A stretch of DNA of 64,000 nt from Octopus vulgaris (lineage: Eukaryota): contig OX597819.1 in assembly GCA_951406725.2 (NCBI GenBank), positions 9,982,001-10,046,000 of the forward strand, read 5' to 3'. The notes below the pieces were generated by a model that saw nothing but the letters and a program-made list of their open reading frames with translations, made no database searches and had not been told where the DNA came from. Both the position numbers and the translations under genes were made by a program. Shown here piece by piece: positions 1-13,514 of the stretch; position 1 is the first letter of the stretch, and every line of letters begins with the position of its first letter.

Positions 1-339
1 AAAGCAAAAGGATAAATGGATGTATATGTGTAAAATAATTCAGTTCTCAGTATTTTGGCTACAATGGTTAAAGGTTAAAAGTTCAATTATCTTTGATAGT
101 GGTTTTGGTTGAGGTCGTATTTATGTGTATGATTGTATGTATATGTATTTTTATTTTGTGGGGAATTGTATATATACGCACACAAGTGCATGTGTATGTA
201 TGTGGATAGTGGGAGTGAGAAAGATGGGGCAGGTGAGATAAAATTTCTTGTCTCTTGTTCAAAAGAGAAAAATCTCTTTGCAATGGCACCCTTTCAGGTT
301 TTGGACAAGCACAAACACACAGGGCTATAGTAGGAGACA

Positions 340-1700
340 TTTAGTGTCACACACTGGTGCTAAATCCAGAAACATAGTTAAGGAACAAAGGTTGAGTCAA
401 GGGAAGTAACTTGTCTGCACATTTATGTATGAATCTCCTGTAAAAGTTGACAATTCCCAAGAGATGATGCAATTCGCATAGAGAACTGGGAGGTGTGATG
501 CATTGAATTGCTTCGACTTTGGAGGAGAGAGGTCAGATATCATTAGAATTGATATAATGACCTCAGAATTCCAGAGAGGTCTGTCCCAAAACACAATTAT
601 TATTGGGTTGATTCCCACATTGTAGGTGTGAAGATGCTGAAAAAGTTGAGATAAGTGTTGGAGGTGATTTTCACACATGTCATTAGCTATGAGCAAATCA
701 TCAACATAAGCAAACACAAAGTCAAGTCCACAGACAACTTTGTCGATAAACCTCTGGAATGTGCTTGTTGCATCCACAAACTGAAGTTCATAAACAGGAA
801 CTCCAAACTTCCAAAGAGGATGGTAATGGCAGTTTTGGGAATGTTGTCAGGTTCATTGGAATTTGATGATAAGCTCAGATGACGTCAACCTTGGAAAAAA
901 ATAGTACAACCATGCAAGTTTGATGAAAGATCTTGGAGATTCCTTATAGGATAGCGATCAGGAACAGTGATTGCATTCAAATGTTTGTAATCCCCCACTG
1001 GGCGAAAATCTGAATCTCCTTTCTGTGCCAAATGTAGAGGAGATGTCCAAGGGCTGGTGGAGGGGTGAATAAGGCTGAGTTGAAGTATATGCTCAAACTC
1101 AGATTGAGCCTTCTTGAGGCAGTCAGCGGCGAGTTGCTGTGGACATAAAAAAACGGGTGGCCCAGAATTAGTGATATAATGGCAAGTCAAGTATGTGACT
1201 TTGACTGATTTGAAAGACAGATCCACCAGTTCTGGGAAAGAAGCCAAAAGGGAGTGGAAGTGGTCATCAGCAGGGGCAACAAAAAATGACGGGCTGAAAA
1301 CAGCATTAGTAGTAACCCGAGCAGGCGTAAACAAAGATGTAGAATTGCCCACAAGTCTCTGTCGCTTGACATCTACTAATGAGTGAAAGTGGTTTAAGAA
1401 GTCTGCACCCAGAATGCGGTATGGTAGATCTGCTATAACAAAATCCCACCTAAAATCCCTTTGAATGTTGAGATCTAGGTGTAAGGAAACTTGACCATAA
1501 GTTTTTATCAGGGTTAGATTCACTGCATGCAGGTTAATGGCAGATTGCTTCGGCTTGTCTGAAGTAAGACACAAAGGCCAAATAGAACAGCTGGAACGAT
1601 TTGTTAGACACACGATCCTTAACAAAGAATGCACGATGAGATGAAAAATTGCAGGAAGAATCTGATGTGCTCGAATCTTCCGTAACTAATTTCCTGACAA
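340..1700 (-). mobile_element. Decayed Gypsy/Ty3 LTR-retrotransposon pol fragment (aspartic protease + RT)
   Basis: Minus-strand ORFs 885..1634 (ILGADFL protease motif; SPWTSPLHL..DYKHLNAITVPDRYP RT motifs) and 397..777 (FQRFIDKV..AYVDDLLI). Frames are broken and no LTRs were recognised. Confidence 0.9.
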
Positions 1701-2141
1701 CTTGAACAAACAGGGCTGGATGAAACGATGGACTTGTGTCCCATTCTCGGTGTCCATCTTCATGGCAGCGCATGGCTTGTGATATCTCCATTCACATGAG
1801 GTACATTACCTCTGGAGAATAACATGTGTGGTCAGAGTGGGTTAGAGTCCGCTGTAGCTGCCTACTTCGTAGTGTCTCTCAGTGTAAGCAAGCTAGAGAA
1901 GACTAAGAGAGTTTGAATATCTTTTGCACCTGCTTCAGTAGTCATTGTCGAGGAGAGCCTTGTTGTGGTGCCATGCATGGCAAACAGTTGTACACGAGAT
2001 CTCATTCTTGTTTCGGACAAGATAACGGCTGCCAGCTAGATCTCGTACAAAATGATGCTGGCTACTTGTGCCACGCTACAAACTGAAAGGCAGCCGGTCC
2101 TTAACGTGGCTGTTTAGTATACTAGAAATAGCAGTTATTAA

Positions 2142-2361
2142 CCCTTTAGCGTTCGAATTAATATGTCAAAAGTAATCTTTATTCATTTACATTTTAAAAA
2201 ATTAATCTGGTATTATCTTGTAGCTTCAAGATTTGAAAGATGTAATTGTTTATTTTTAGAATGACATTGCAGGGTAGGTGTGAGATACTGGTTCTGGCCA
2301 GTTTGAGCATAAAATGAGTAGAATATTTGAGCCGGATATAGCCGGTTTAAACACTAAAGGG
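2142..2361. mobile_element. piggyBac-type MITE (family A)
   Basis: TTAA at 2138-2141 and 2362-2365; termini CCCTTTAG...CTAAAGGG; related copy at 48755-48973. Confidence 0.85.
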
Positions 2362-3023
2362 TTAAACATACAAAACAGCCACTATTCTGATCCCCTAATA
2401 TGCTGCAAAGGAGAAGGAAAATTAGTTGATAGCACCTGAAAGCAAAACGAGAAAAAAAAATAACTCCAAAGTGGGTGGGGAGGGAATTTCCAAAGAGCAA
2501 GTTGACAGGGAACCTGGAGCCCACCAAAACTGTTCCCAATTGGGCCCCATTCCTACTAAGGCCAGCCCTTCCAATATTCATCTTTGGGCATATGCAGGTG
2601 GTTGAATCGAAAAACTTATATGTTTACTCATGTATTTTACTACACTTGTAAGAACAAATGCTGCTTAGATAGGAAGAAGTCTAGGGAAGACTACTTCCCC
2701 CCGACAACCACCCTTTTTTCAAAATTTTTTTTTTTTTGACACAAACCCCACTTTTGGCTGCGGGGAGTACGAATCTGAAAACAATTGGCAAAAATCAGCA
2801 TTTTTAAATTACCCCCACCCTCACTCCCATTTCCCTAATTTTTTACTTCTTTCAGAATTTTGTTTTTCAAAATATGGGGAAAAATACGGAGGTTATGATT
2901 CTGAAAAAAATTTCCAAAAATTTTAGCCAAATTTCTTTTAAAGAATTTTTTTCATCTAAATATGCAGAAAAATATGGACATTATGATTCAGACAAAAATT
3001 TCAAAATATTTCTATAGTCAAGG

Positions 3024-3065
3024 TTAGGGTTAGGGTTAGGGTTAGGGTTTTAGGGTTAGGGTTAG
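3024..3065 (+). repeat. Interstitial (TTAGGG)n telomere-like array inside a putative MITE (~2690-3205)
   Basis: About 6-7 TTAGGG units with one TT interruption. Imperfect inverted segments at ~2690-2727 and ~3164-3202. Confidence 0.75.
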
Positions 3066-3551
3066 TGTTGAGGAAAATGTCAAAATTAAAGAATTTTGAG
3101 GGAGGGGGGAATTTAACAATGCCAGTTGTTGGCAAATTTCTGGAAAAGATTTTAAAAATAAACAAATTTTGGAGAAAAGGGGTGGGGGGAAAGGCGGAAG
3201 TCCATCTCCATACATGCTTGGGCAAATGTTACTTTATGTCAATGTAAGAAATTGCTAAAGAAATAAGTATTGACAAAAAAAAACATAGGAAGAAGGAAAT
3301 TGATGATGCTAACCATATCACCACAGCAATTCTAACAACGCGAGGACTCATTTCGAAATTTTGCGATGGCAGGATCAACCCAATTGCTATTTTCCACGAA
3401 TTTAGTCACTGGAATTTATTTATAGTTCTATTTTCATTTCATTTTAATTCCCCAGAAACAAAGAAAGTACAAGTTGTATTTCGATTTTATGGGCCTTGTT
3501 TTTTTTTTAATGAATTTCCCTCAAGCATTTAAAATTCTATGTAATCGCATT

Positions 3552-3938
3552 TGGATTTGGAAGCACTCCGTCGGTTACGACGATGAGGGTTCCGGTTGAT
3601 CCGAATCAACGGAACAGCTTGCTCGTGAAATTAACGTGTAACTGGCTGAGCACTCCACAGACACGTGTACCCTTAACGTAGTTCTCGGGGATATTCAGCA
3701 TGACACAGAGAGTGACAAGGCCGGCCCTTTGAAATACAGGTACAACAGAAATAGGAAGAGTGAGAGAAAGTTGTGGTGAAAGAGTACAGCAGGGATCACC
3801 ACCATCCCCTGCTGGAGCTTTGTGGAGCTTTAGGTGTTTTCACTCAATAAACACTCACAACGCCCGGTCTGGGAATCGAAACCACGATCCTATGACCGCG
3901 AGTCCGCTGCCCTAACCACTGGGCCATTGCGCCTCCAC
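3552..3938 (-). mobile_element. tRNA(Arg)-like-headed SINE (resembles octopus OR-type), tail type 1
   Basis: Minus-strand head GGAGGCGCAATGGCCCAGTGGTTAGGG...GGTTTCGATTCC (A/B boxes). 12-bp TSD tgtaatc(g/a)catt at 3540-3551 and 3939-3950. Near-identical copy at 50671-51053. Confidence 0.85.
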
Positions 3939-4257
3939 TGTAATCACATTATCAACTAAAAAAAAAAAAAAGAAGAAATGATAATCCAAGTCCCGACAAT
4001 GTCAACAGCATCGCAATCTATAAATATCGAACCCTTCCAGAAAAGAGTGCACTGCAAGGGTCAAATGACATTTGATTGCCGCAACGGGAAAAATATGTTT
4101 AGATATATGAGAAAAGGGAAAGGAAAATGTGATGTTCATTGCAGCCCGATGGCATTGGAGGTGTAGACGAAGTGATGTGACTTTGAATTAAACGTTTTTT
4201 ATTGTTTGAAGTTCTGACAGGTCAATAAATTTAACTTTTCCAATGTCAGGTAAGTAA

Positions 4258-4658
4258 TCTTTATATATAAAAGTGAGGTTGTGTGCTGTCTGTCTCCTAC
4301 AATTTAGATTCCTAACTACTCCCACATTTTGCGATGCAGTTTAACCCAAACCGGGTATCTTATAGTCGTGATTCATATCGAGCCCTTCTGGGTATTAGCG
4401 CGCGTCTACGAAGAGTCTACGATTTTAAAAATAATTTACCATCATTTTTTTCCATTTTAATGCATTTTTTCGCTAGTATATAAGGGAAGTAACTCTCTAA
4501 AAATGTCTACGATGAGTCAACGATTAAAAAAAAAAATTACCATCATTTTTTTTCCATTTTTAATGCATTTTTTTGCTATTTTTCGGCTATAACTTTCTAA
4601 TAATGCTTATATAGTTATTTCCCTTACAAACCCGAGCAACGCCGGGCGATACTGCTAG
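4258..4658 (+). mobile_element. Non-autonomous Helitron
   Basis: A|TC 5' end, 3' GC hairpin CCCGAGCAACGCCGGG, CTAG|T 3' end, no short TSD. Multiple copies in the window. Confidence 0.85.
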
Positions 4659-4857
4659 TATGAGAAAAGGGAAAATGTGATGTTCATTGCAGCCCGATGA
4701 CATTGGAGGTATGGACGAAGTGATGTGACTTTGAATTAAACGTTTTTATTGTTTGAAGTTCTGACAGATCAATAAATTTAACTTACCAATGTCAGGTAAG
4801 TAATTTAGGAATAATTAAAAAAAAAGCAACATATGTTGTATTAACGATGGCCAGCAG

Positions 4858-5345
4858 AAAGAGAGTCTGGGATTGAATGAGAGAAAGAAAGAAAAGAAAA
4901 GAAAGAGATAGCGAGAGAGAGAAAGAGAGAAAGAAATAAAAAGAAAGAGAGAGAGAGAGAAAGAAAGAAAAAGAAAAGAAAGAGATAGCGAGAGAGAGAA
5001 AGAAAGAAAAAGAAAAGAAAGAGATAGCGAGAGAGAGAAAGAGAGAAAGAAAGAAAAAGAAAAGAAAGAGATAGCGAAAGAGAGAAATAAATAAAAAGAA
5101 AAGAGAGAGAGAGAGAAAGAAAGAAAAAGAAAAGAAAGAGAGAGAGAGAGAGAAAGAAAGAAAAATAAAAGAGAGTGAGAGATAGAGAGAGATAGAGATA
5201 GAGAGAGAGTGAGAGATAGAGAGAGAGTGAGAGATAGAGAGAGAGTGAGAGATAGAGATAGAGAGAGAGTGAGAGATAGAGAGAGAGTGAGAGATAGAGA
5301 GAGAGTGAGAGAGAGTGAGAAATAGAGAGAGAGTGAGAGATATAT
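4858..5345. repeat. Compound GA/GAAA/GAGATA polypurine microsatellite
   Basis: Directly visible purine-rich simple repeats. Confidence 0.95.
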
Positions 5346-5389
5346 ACAGAGAGAGGGTGTGTGTGTTTGGTGCCAGACCGGTGTTATGT

Positions 5390-5399
5390 TGCGCATGCG
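5390..5399. promoter_or_regulatory. NRF1-like element (TGCGCATGCG), candidate promoter of the KCTD gene
   Basis: Near-match to the NRF1 consensus YGCGCAYGCGCR in a locally CpG-richer unique segment. A consensus donor CTG|GTAAGT follows at 6017/6018. Confidence 0.4.
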
Positions 5400-6039
5400 T
5401 CATCATCCCTATCTTTTCATGGCAGCCGTGCGATCTCCAGATCTCTTAAGAAAGGCACGGCTGCCTTCGCTGGAGTCAGGCATTTTGGACATTTAAAGAC
5501 ATACACACACACACAACACATATCACATATATATATATAGCCATACTGGTTCACTGTAGCAAAATCTCCTCTTTCCTCCAACCGATCACCAAACCAGTCT
5601 TCCTCTTTCTCTCCTTCCACGTAAACAAATCCAGTCGGATGGATGGATGCTTGGATTGTGTAAAAAAAATGCTCCAAGCATCTCCGACGGCTGCTGCTCC
5701 ACTCCACTCCTCAGCTGTATATTTATCTCGGCATTCAACCTTCCTCATTCTTCCCCAACCACCAATATTCTTTCATTTCCACACTAATATACTAATAATA
5801 TCTTAAGCTCTGCCAACTAACCCCCATAATATTTTCTCTCTTTCCCCCATCCACCACACAAACTCCAAACCTATCAAACATTAAAACCACCTCGCCTATT
5901 CTATTCTTCTTCCCCGATCGATTTCCAAACACTCCAAAACACAAACAAACATCTCAAATTTTATTATTTATTCAAAACCCACTGTTGCTAGATATTTCTT
6001 TTAAACAGGAATGACTGGTAAGTTACCATTGGTATATCC

Positions 6040-6655
<616 letters not shown>

Positions 6656-7185
6656 AAAATTTTCCGTACAGTTTGTTTTCTTGGCTGACATATCTTCTTT
6701 GTAATAAGATCTAACAATCATCTCTTTTTGTAAACTCATCACTAATATTCTAAAGGGTTACATGTTATGTTCATCTATCACCAGAAGTATTATTACAAGC
6801 ACTACTTGGTCGGTCTTGATAAGATTTAGTTATATAAATTCACAATTAATGCATTCATGATCGTTAAATCAGTGCAGTTCTTTCTTATATTTTGCAATAC
6901 AATCTTAATTGGTTCCAGGATGGATTTTAATCAGTATTCCTGAAATTGCTTGCTTTAACTCTGCTTATTTTGAAAAAGAATAAAGTAAAAGGTTAACAGA
7001 AAAATCCCCAAAACCACCAGTTTTTTCATGCCTTTGAAAATGTGAACTACCAGATTGTGAATCCCAGTTGGTGAGGAAGACTTATTTATTTGAGGTGCAT
7101 CTATAGATTTTTATTGAGTTTTTTTCTACTACAATCTTTTAACGTATTAACAACTTGTCCAGTTTGCTGCCTCTTTCATTTTTAT

Positions 7186-7390
7186 AAGATAGATAGATAG
7201 ACAGACAGAATATAGATAGATAGATAGAGAGATGGATAGATATAGATAAATAGATAGGTAGATAGATAGATAGATAGATAGAGAGATAGAGAGATGGATA
7301 GATATAGATAGATAGATAGATAGATAGGTAGATAGATAGATAGATAAATAGATAGATAGATAGATAGATAGATAGACAGATATAGATATA
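7186..7390. repeat. (GATA)n microsatellite
   Basis: Directly visible; complementary to the (TATC)n array at 6040-6655. Confidence 0.95.
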
Positions 7391-8414
7391 AGGTAACGAC
7401 TCTTTTAAGTACATTAACCCATATCTTTCCCACTTTTAGCCAGATCGTTAATTCCACCACCTCAAGGTGTTTTTGCTGTTGTGAAGTTCACTGACGATAA
7501 GCAACGTTTTTGTATGTCTTCTAAATTACAATAAGGTTATAACATTTCTAATTATTTATTTATAGTCTGCTGTGTGTTTGTCTATTTAATTGATCTGGGG
7601 TACACTAATTAATTAACTACATTTTAACCTCCTGATTTCCATAATGTTTATCGAAGCATTCAGCTGTCGGGCAACCAGTAGAAAGGTGATTTAGGTGATT
7701 TATTTAAAGAGGATTATATCACAGAATCTGCTCCCCCCCCCCACCAACGGTAGATCCTGCTTCAGTTTCCAAGACAGTAATCGCTTTAATTTGTTTACTG
7801 AAATATACTGGATCTCCGCTTATTATTTTTTAAGGAGACTGATTTGTCTTTTTATCACAAATATCATAAGAGATCTTCCTTCCCCATATAAGCATATTAC
7901 CATTGTCTTCAGAAAAAGACACACACACACACAAATTATATTTGTAAAACATCGGTATAGCATTAATTAAATAACATAAAAGAAACTAATTTGCTCCTGA
8001 TCTTATATAACCGTTTTGCTTTTGCCTCAATTTAACGCTTGATTTTAATTATTTCATGCCTAGAAATTTAGAAAGAAGATGAACATTCTTTGTCGTATCT
8101 GATCTATCTTGTGTGATGGCTGGGTCTTGCCCCTCTTTTGCAGATATACACACAATTGATGTAGTAACAAACCTGTCTGGCTTATCCTTCTTCAATTAGC
8201 AAGATGGCACAGTGTTCATATAATTAACATTACTTGCTAAAATCCATAACATTTACGAAAGATTATTTATTCTCATAATTTTCCACGGCTCTGTTATATA
8301 TATATATATATATTTTTTTTTACTCTTTCCCCAAAGGGTGTATCTGTTTTTTTTTACAAATAGAGGATGTATCTAGATTAACTTTATTACGATAAATATT
8401 TTATTAATTTACAG

Positions 8415-8508
8415 GTCGACCTATTGCATGTCAGGACTATAATCTTCTCCACTACAAACTATCCTACGGCTTGTGGCAGAACTGCAAACTGTTCAAACGT
8501 TTCGATAG
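8415..8508 (+). other. Candidate 5' UTR exon of the KCTD gene
   Basis: Acceptor ttttattaatttacAG|G and donor AG|GTAAGA around 94 nt of unique sequence. Confidence 0.45.
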
Positions 8509-8900
8509 GTAAGAAAAATAGTTGTAGATATATATATTCTAAAGTGAACTGAATATGGTCTTTCACCCTGCTTGCAATAGCAGTCAAACCTCCCTTAAAT
8601 CGCATCAGGACACATTGGATAATCTAGTCTTAGATAACACATCCGAAATAAAAAATGAGGTGGTTACAGCTGAAATCCTTTTGATCATAGTTTTGTCACC
8701 AGGACCGATTTTACAGGCAGGTTTTTTTTTAAATCACCGGGAGCTAAAAATAACTTTCTATGTTTATTATATGTATTGTCTATCCTTGGGCTTATTTGGG
8801 CGGAGCCCTTTTACGCATGGTCATTCATACGTAATACATATACAGAATATTTACTATTATTGACTTCTTACAAACGAAATGACTTCTTATTTATAAGCAA

Positions 8901-9301
8901 CTAGCAGTATCGCCCGGCGTTGCTCGGGTTTGTAAGGGAAATAACTATAAAGCATTTTTTAGAGAGTTATAGCCAAAAATAGCAAAAAAAATGCATTAAA
9001 AATGGAAAAAAATTTATGGTAATTTTTTTTTTAAATCGTTGACTCATCGTAGACATTTTTAGAGAGTTACTTCCCTTATATAATAGCGAAAAAAATGCAT
9101 TAAAATGGAAAAAATTATGGTAAATTATTTTTAAAATCGTAGACTCATCGTAGACGCGCGCTAATACCCAGAAGGGCTCGATATGAATCACGACTATAAG
9201 ATACCCGGTTTTGGTTAAACTGCACCGCAAAATGTGGGAGTAATTAGGAATCTAAATCGTAGGAGACAGACAGCACACAACCTCACTTTTATATATAAAG
9301 A
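8901..9301 (-). mobile_element. Non-autonomous Helitron
   Basis: Reverse complement of the 4258-4658 family, with TC/CTAG ends and 3' hairpin. Confidence 0.85.
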
Positions 9302-9646
9302 TAACATTTTGAGATATACATTTCTAAATAATCAGAGAGTTGCAACTAAACTGTGAATTCAACATTATTATTAAAGTGTACGGGAGGTGGAGAACTGATC
9401 TAGAGGCATTAAAGTACCTAATTCAGTGTTTAAATATTCGGAATTCACATCCTCTTGAGATAAACTATTTTTGTCTTGCCAGAGTTGGTAAAATACCAGT
9501 AATCTTTGTTTGTATTAGTGAATTGTTTGCTACAAAATTATCCTTTGTTCTTGGTCAAAACTCAATCATTTTGTTACACTGTCCAACTGTTAAAAAAAAA
9601 ACCTGCTTAAAAGTTGTTTAATTCTCTTCCTTTTATATTAACATTA

Positions 9647-9876
9647 CATCATCATCATCATCATCGTTTAACGTCCGCTTTCCATGCTAGGATGGGTTGG
9701 ACGGTTCAACTGAGGTCTGGGAAGTCCGAAGGCTGCACCAGGCCAGTCAGATCTGGCAGTGTTTCTACAGCTGGATGCTCTTCCTAACGCCAACCACTCC
9801 GTGAGTGTAGTGGGTGCTTTTTATGTGCCACGGATACAGGTGCCAGACGAGGCTGGCGAACGGCTACGCTCGGATG
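9647..9876 (-). mobile_element. RTE LINE 3' end fragment with (GAT)n tail
   Basis: Matches the 3' end of the RTE at 31721-34691. Confidence 0.8.
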
Positions 9877-10259
9877 TAGAATATTTTGCTTACTTATGGT
9901 CGTGCTCATCCAAGACCACATTAGTCAATGTGTGCTTTGAAGGACATTTGGCTGCTATTTCTCGTAGATCAAACGATCATATAGAGGATTTCTCATTTTT
10001 CTCTGTTCAATGAAATAGATGAGATATTGTGGTGTTTATGGAAAAGATTGTCTCACGAGTCAAAAAAGTGACTGAACAAAATAGAAGTTAATAAAAGCTA
10101 CTCCAATGTTTGAAATTATTTCTATGTACAGTTTGATATTATTAGTTATTAAACCAACTGATCACTTTTTAAACTGTAACATTTAAATGCATAGAAACAG
10201 AAAAAGGTAGGTTTTGCAGTCATGACTGCATTGGTGTTGCCATGGAGAATGGCCAGTGA

Positions 10260-10520
10260 CACTTACTGCAGCAGCAATTCCACTTTGCAGGACTCATTTC
10301 TTAGACAGTTCACCATTATCCCAATTTTGCTGTGGGGTCCAAGAACACCTGAGGTCTCAATGGCTACCTGCATAAACTCATAGCAGCTGGTCAGGTCCCT
10401 GTATTTATTGAATTTTCTGTCTTTTGTGTTTACGATTAGATGGGTTTGCAGCTGATATGGCAAGGCTGGTGCCGGAGAATATGTTGCTGCATGCTGCTTC
10501 CCAGGCTAAGTATCTGCCTC
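10260..10520 (-). mobile_element. Restriction-like endonuclease (RLE) non-LTR retrotransposon remnant (CRE/NeSL-like)
   Basis: ORF 10263..10463 RKFNKYRDL...EFMQVAIETSGVLG resembles the K..KY..L...F.P.AIET.G.G motif at the RLE C-terminus. Confidence 0.55.
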
Positions 10521-11134
10521 ACTCAAATGAGAAGAGGGTTATTCTGTTGGGACACCTACCGACCCCATGGTCAAGACCTACTGGTTCCAATTGAGATGGG
10601 AAGCCAGCTGTGTTGAGGCCCCTTCTAATTATGTTATTCAGACCAACACAAATCAAGTGGACCCTTCTAAACAACATGGATATGATCAAAATTCAGCCAT
10701 GGCTTGTGTATCTATAGCCAGAGTTCTGACTTTCTATATATCATCGTTGCCATTGTTTTCACCTCTACAAATCGTATATATTTCATATAAGTTTTACAGT
10801 AGAAGTAAAACTGGAAAGAAAAAATATTTGAATAGCAGTACACATACATTGGAAGATCAAATCCACTGTGTTTTGTTGTTTGAGTAGAACACTGTGCCGT
10901 CATCTCGTTGCTTAGGAACATTCCTAGAATTCATGCCTATCTGAAAATAAAATAAGGAACTGTTCCATTGCAGACTCTTACTCTTAAAGGTTGATCTAGT
11001 TTTGACTTAATTAGGATCCATGGCTGTTGAAAACTTAGTACCTTGGCAACACAGCACAGCACCAGTGGCTAAGGTATAAAGGTGGTGAATTTGTAGAGTG
11101 TTGAACAAAATACCTTGTGGTATTTAGTTACAAG

Positions 11135-11360
11135 GCGGCGAGCTGGCAGAAACGTTAGCACGCCGGGTGAAATGCGTAGCCGTATTTCGTCTGCCGTTAC
11201 GTTCTGAGTTCAAATTCCGCCGAGGTTGACTTTGCCTTTCATCCTTTCGGGGTCGATTAAATAAGTACCAGTTATGCACTGGGGTCGATATAATCGACTT
11301 AATCTGTTTGTCCTTGTTTGTCCTCTCTGTGTTTAGCCCCTTGTGGGTAATAAAGAAATA
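11135..11360 (+). mobile_element. SINE family B (GCCTTTCATCCTTTCGGGGTCGA core), nested in an older copy of the same family
   Basis: B-box-like GAGTTCAAATTCC. 16-bp TSD ggtatttagttacaag at 11119-11134 and 11361-11376. Confidence 0.85.
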
Positions 11361-11878
11361 GGTATTTAGTTACAAGCCTTTATGTTGTGATTTCAAGTCT
11401 TAAAGTCAGTATTGCCTTTCATTCTTCTGGGGTTTATATAATTGGTTGCTGATTGATTATTTTGTAATAGGTTGTTGCTGAATGATGTTCACCTGCAGAG
11501 GTTTATAAGGTGATATGTTGTCTGAAAAAGGGATCACTCTCCCAAAAAAACTGCTAATGTTTATTCTAGCAGTCCGGTATACAAACAACTCAGCCATTTC
11601 TGTAACCATTCTATTGTACCATCCCTCAGGAAATCTTGTTGCTATTTCAGTCAGAACATTGACACATTGCAATAAATATATCTACATTCATGTTCATTTT
11701 ATTTTTGTTTCTGAAACTGCTGTGGGATGTAGGCTTTTCGTCGTTACATTACTTTGGTAAGAAATGTATATAGTTTAAATGAGGAGTGACCAGTATGAAT
11801 GTTTCTTTATATGTATGTGAGCCTTTTTGGGTTTAGAGAACAAAAGTAAGTTGAGGTCAAGACATCCTTTTCAGAACA

Positions 11879-12255
11879 TCTTTATATATAAAAGTAAGGT
11901 TGTGTGTCTGTCTCCTACGATTTAGATTCCTAACTACTCCCACATTTTGCGGTGCAGTATAACCAAAAGCGGGTATCTTATAGTCGTGATTCATATCGAG
12001 CCCTTCTACGATGAGTCTACGATTTTAAAAATAATTTACCATCATTTTTTCCCATTTTTTAATGCAATTTTTGCTATTATATAAGAGAAGTAACTCTCTA
12101 AAAATGTATTATTAAATCTCAGAACGTAAAAAGCTACAGTAACACCCCCCTTTGTGGTTAGCCATATTGAGTTGGCTATTATACTTTACATCTCTAAAAA
12201 TGCTTATATAGTTATTTCCCTTACAAACCCGAGCAACGCCGGGCGATACTGCTAG
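11879..12255 (+). mobile_element. Non-autonomous Helitron
   Basis: A|TC start, hairpin, CTAG|T end; same family as 4258-4658. Confidence 0.85.
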
Positions 12256-12287
12256 TTTAATATGTGATTCTTCTTTTATTATTTCAG

Positions 12288-12358
12288 CTTACTACTTTAG
12301 AAAGGCTACCTTTCTCTCAGGACTATAAGTCAAAAAATTGAATGTATCTACAGTCCAG
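12288..12358 (+). other. Candidate 5' UTR exon of the KCTD gene
   Basis: Acceptor ttcttttattatttcAG| and donor CAG|GTAAGT. Confidence 0.4.
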
Positions 12359-12459
12359 GTAAGTTTGGATGGCATATTTACTTTGTGTGTGTGTGTGTGT
12401 ACACAGGTGAGTGGACAAACGAAAGAAAAGGGCACTCAGTATATTTAGTAGGAGATACA

Positions 12460-12841
12460 TACTCGTTTACTTGTTTCAGTCATTTGACTGTGGCCATGCT
12501 GGAGCACCGCCTTTAATCGAGCAAATCGACCCCGGGACTTATTCTATCGGTCTCTTTTGCCGAACCGCTAAGTGACGGGGACGTAAACACACCAGCATCG
12601 GTTGTCAAGCAATGCTAGGGGGACAAACACAGACACACAAACATATACACACACACTTATATATATATACATATATGCGACAGGCTTCTTTCAGTTTCCG
12701 TCTACCAAATCCACTCACAAGGCTTTGGTCGGCCTGAGGCTATAGCAGAAGACACTTGCCCAAGATGCCACGCAGTGGGACTGAACCCGGAAGCATGTGG
12801 TTGGTTAGCAAGCTACTTACCACACAGCCACTCCTGCGCCT
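12460..12841 (-). mobile_element. SINE family C (tRNA-like head AGGCGCAGGAGTGGCTGTGTGGTAAG, internal TA/TG microsatellite)
   Basis: A/B-box-like head (GGTTCAGTCCC) and conserved tail CAGTCAAATGACTGAAACAAGT; at least 9 copies in the window. Confidence 0.85.
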
Positions 12842-13129
12842 ATTATGTATTATTTAATAGCAGTTTCATAAAGTTTATATATATATATATTATGATTCCA
12901 CAAGTGGACCCCCCTTATTTCTGAGATGTCATTGATGCAGTATTGTGCTTCCGGGATTCTGGAGGAATTCAGGTAGAATGGTTCCCACTGTCAATGATCT
13001 AAATGAAGTAGCAGCAAAGAAGATTTTCAGCAACATAGATATGACATAGATATGACAGGTGGAACTCCTACCCAAAGACTATAAACTGACAGTGTTTGAA
13101 GCAGGTGGGGAGACTGTCCTAGTTTAAAC

Positions 13130-13514
13130 ACCTCTCATTTGGTTGTTCTAACCTGACCTGAAGAGGTATCAAGCTCTACTAGATATGTCAGAACCAAGAA
13201 CATTGAGAGAACTAAATCAAATAATAGGCATTTTTGCATATTATGCAAAATGGATACCTAAGTGCTCCAGACTTACCATTCCACTTAAGAGCCAGAGGCC
13301 AGAGAGAATGTCAACAAAGCAGGACTGCCAGAAGAAGCAAAAACAGCAATTGCATCTCTAAAGACTGCATTGGTAAATGTCATATTTGCAGTTGCACAAA
13401 CTGAATACCACCTACCATTGAAACAGATGCTTCCGACCTAGCCTTTTATGGGTCAATTCATACAGGCATTGAGACCTTGGGAGCACCTCTCCATCGACTT
13501 TGTTGGTCCCCTTC
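13130..13514 (+). mobile_element. Decayed Gypsy pol fragment (RT connection / RNase H / integrase)
   Basis: Hand translation gives IIGIFAYYAKWIP, IETDASDLA (RNase H) and RPWEHLSIDFVGPLP (integrase). Confidence 0.75.
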
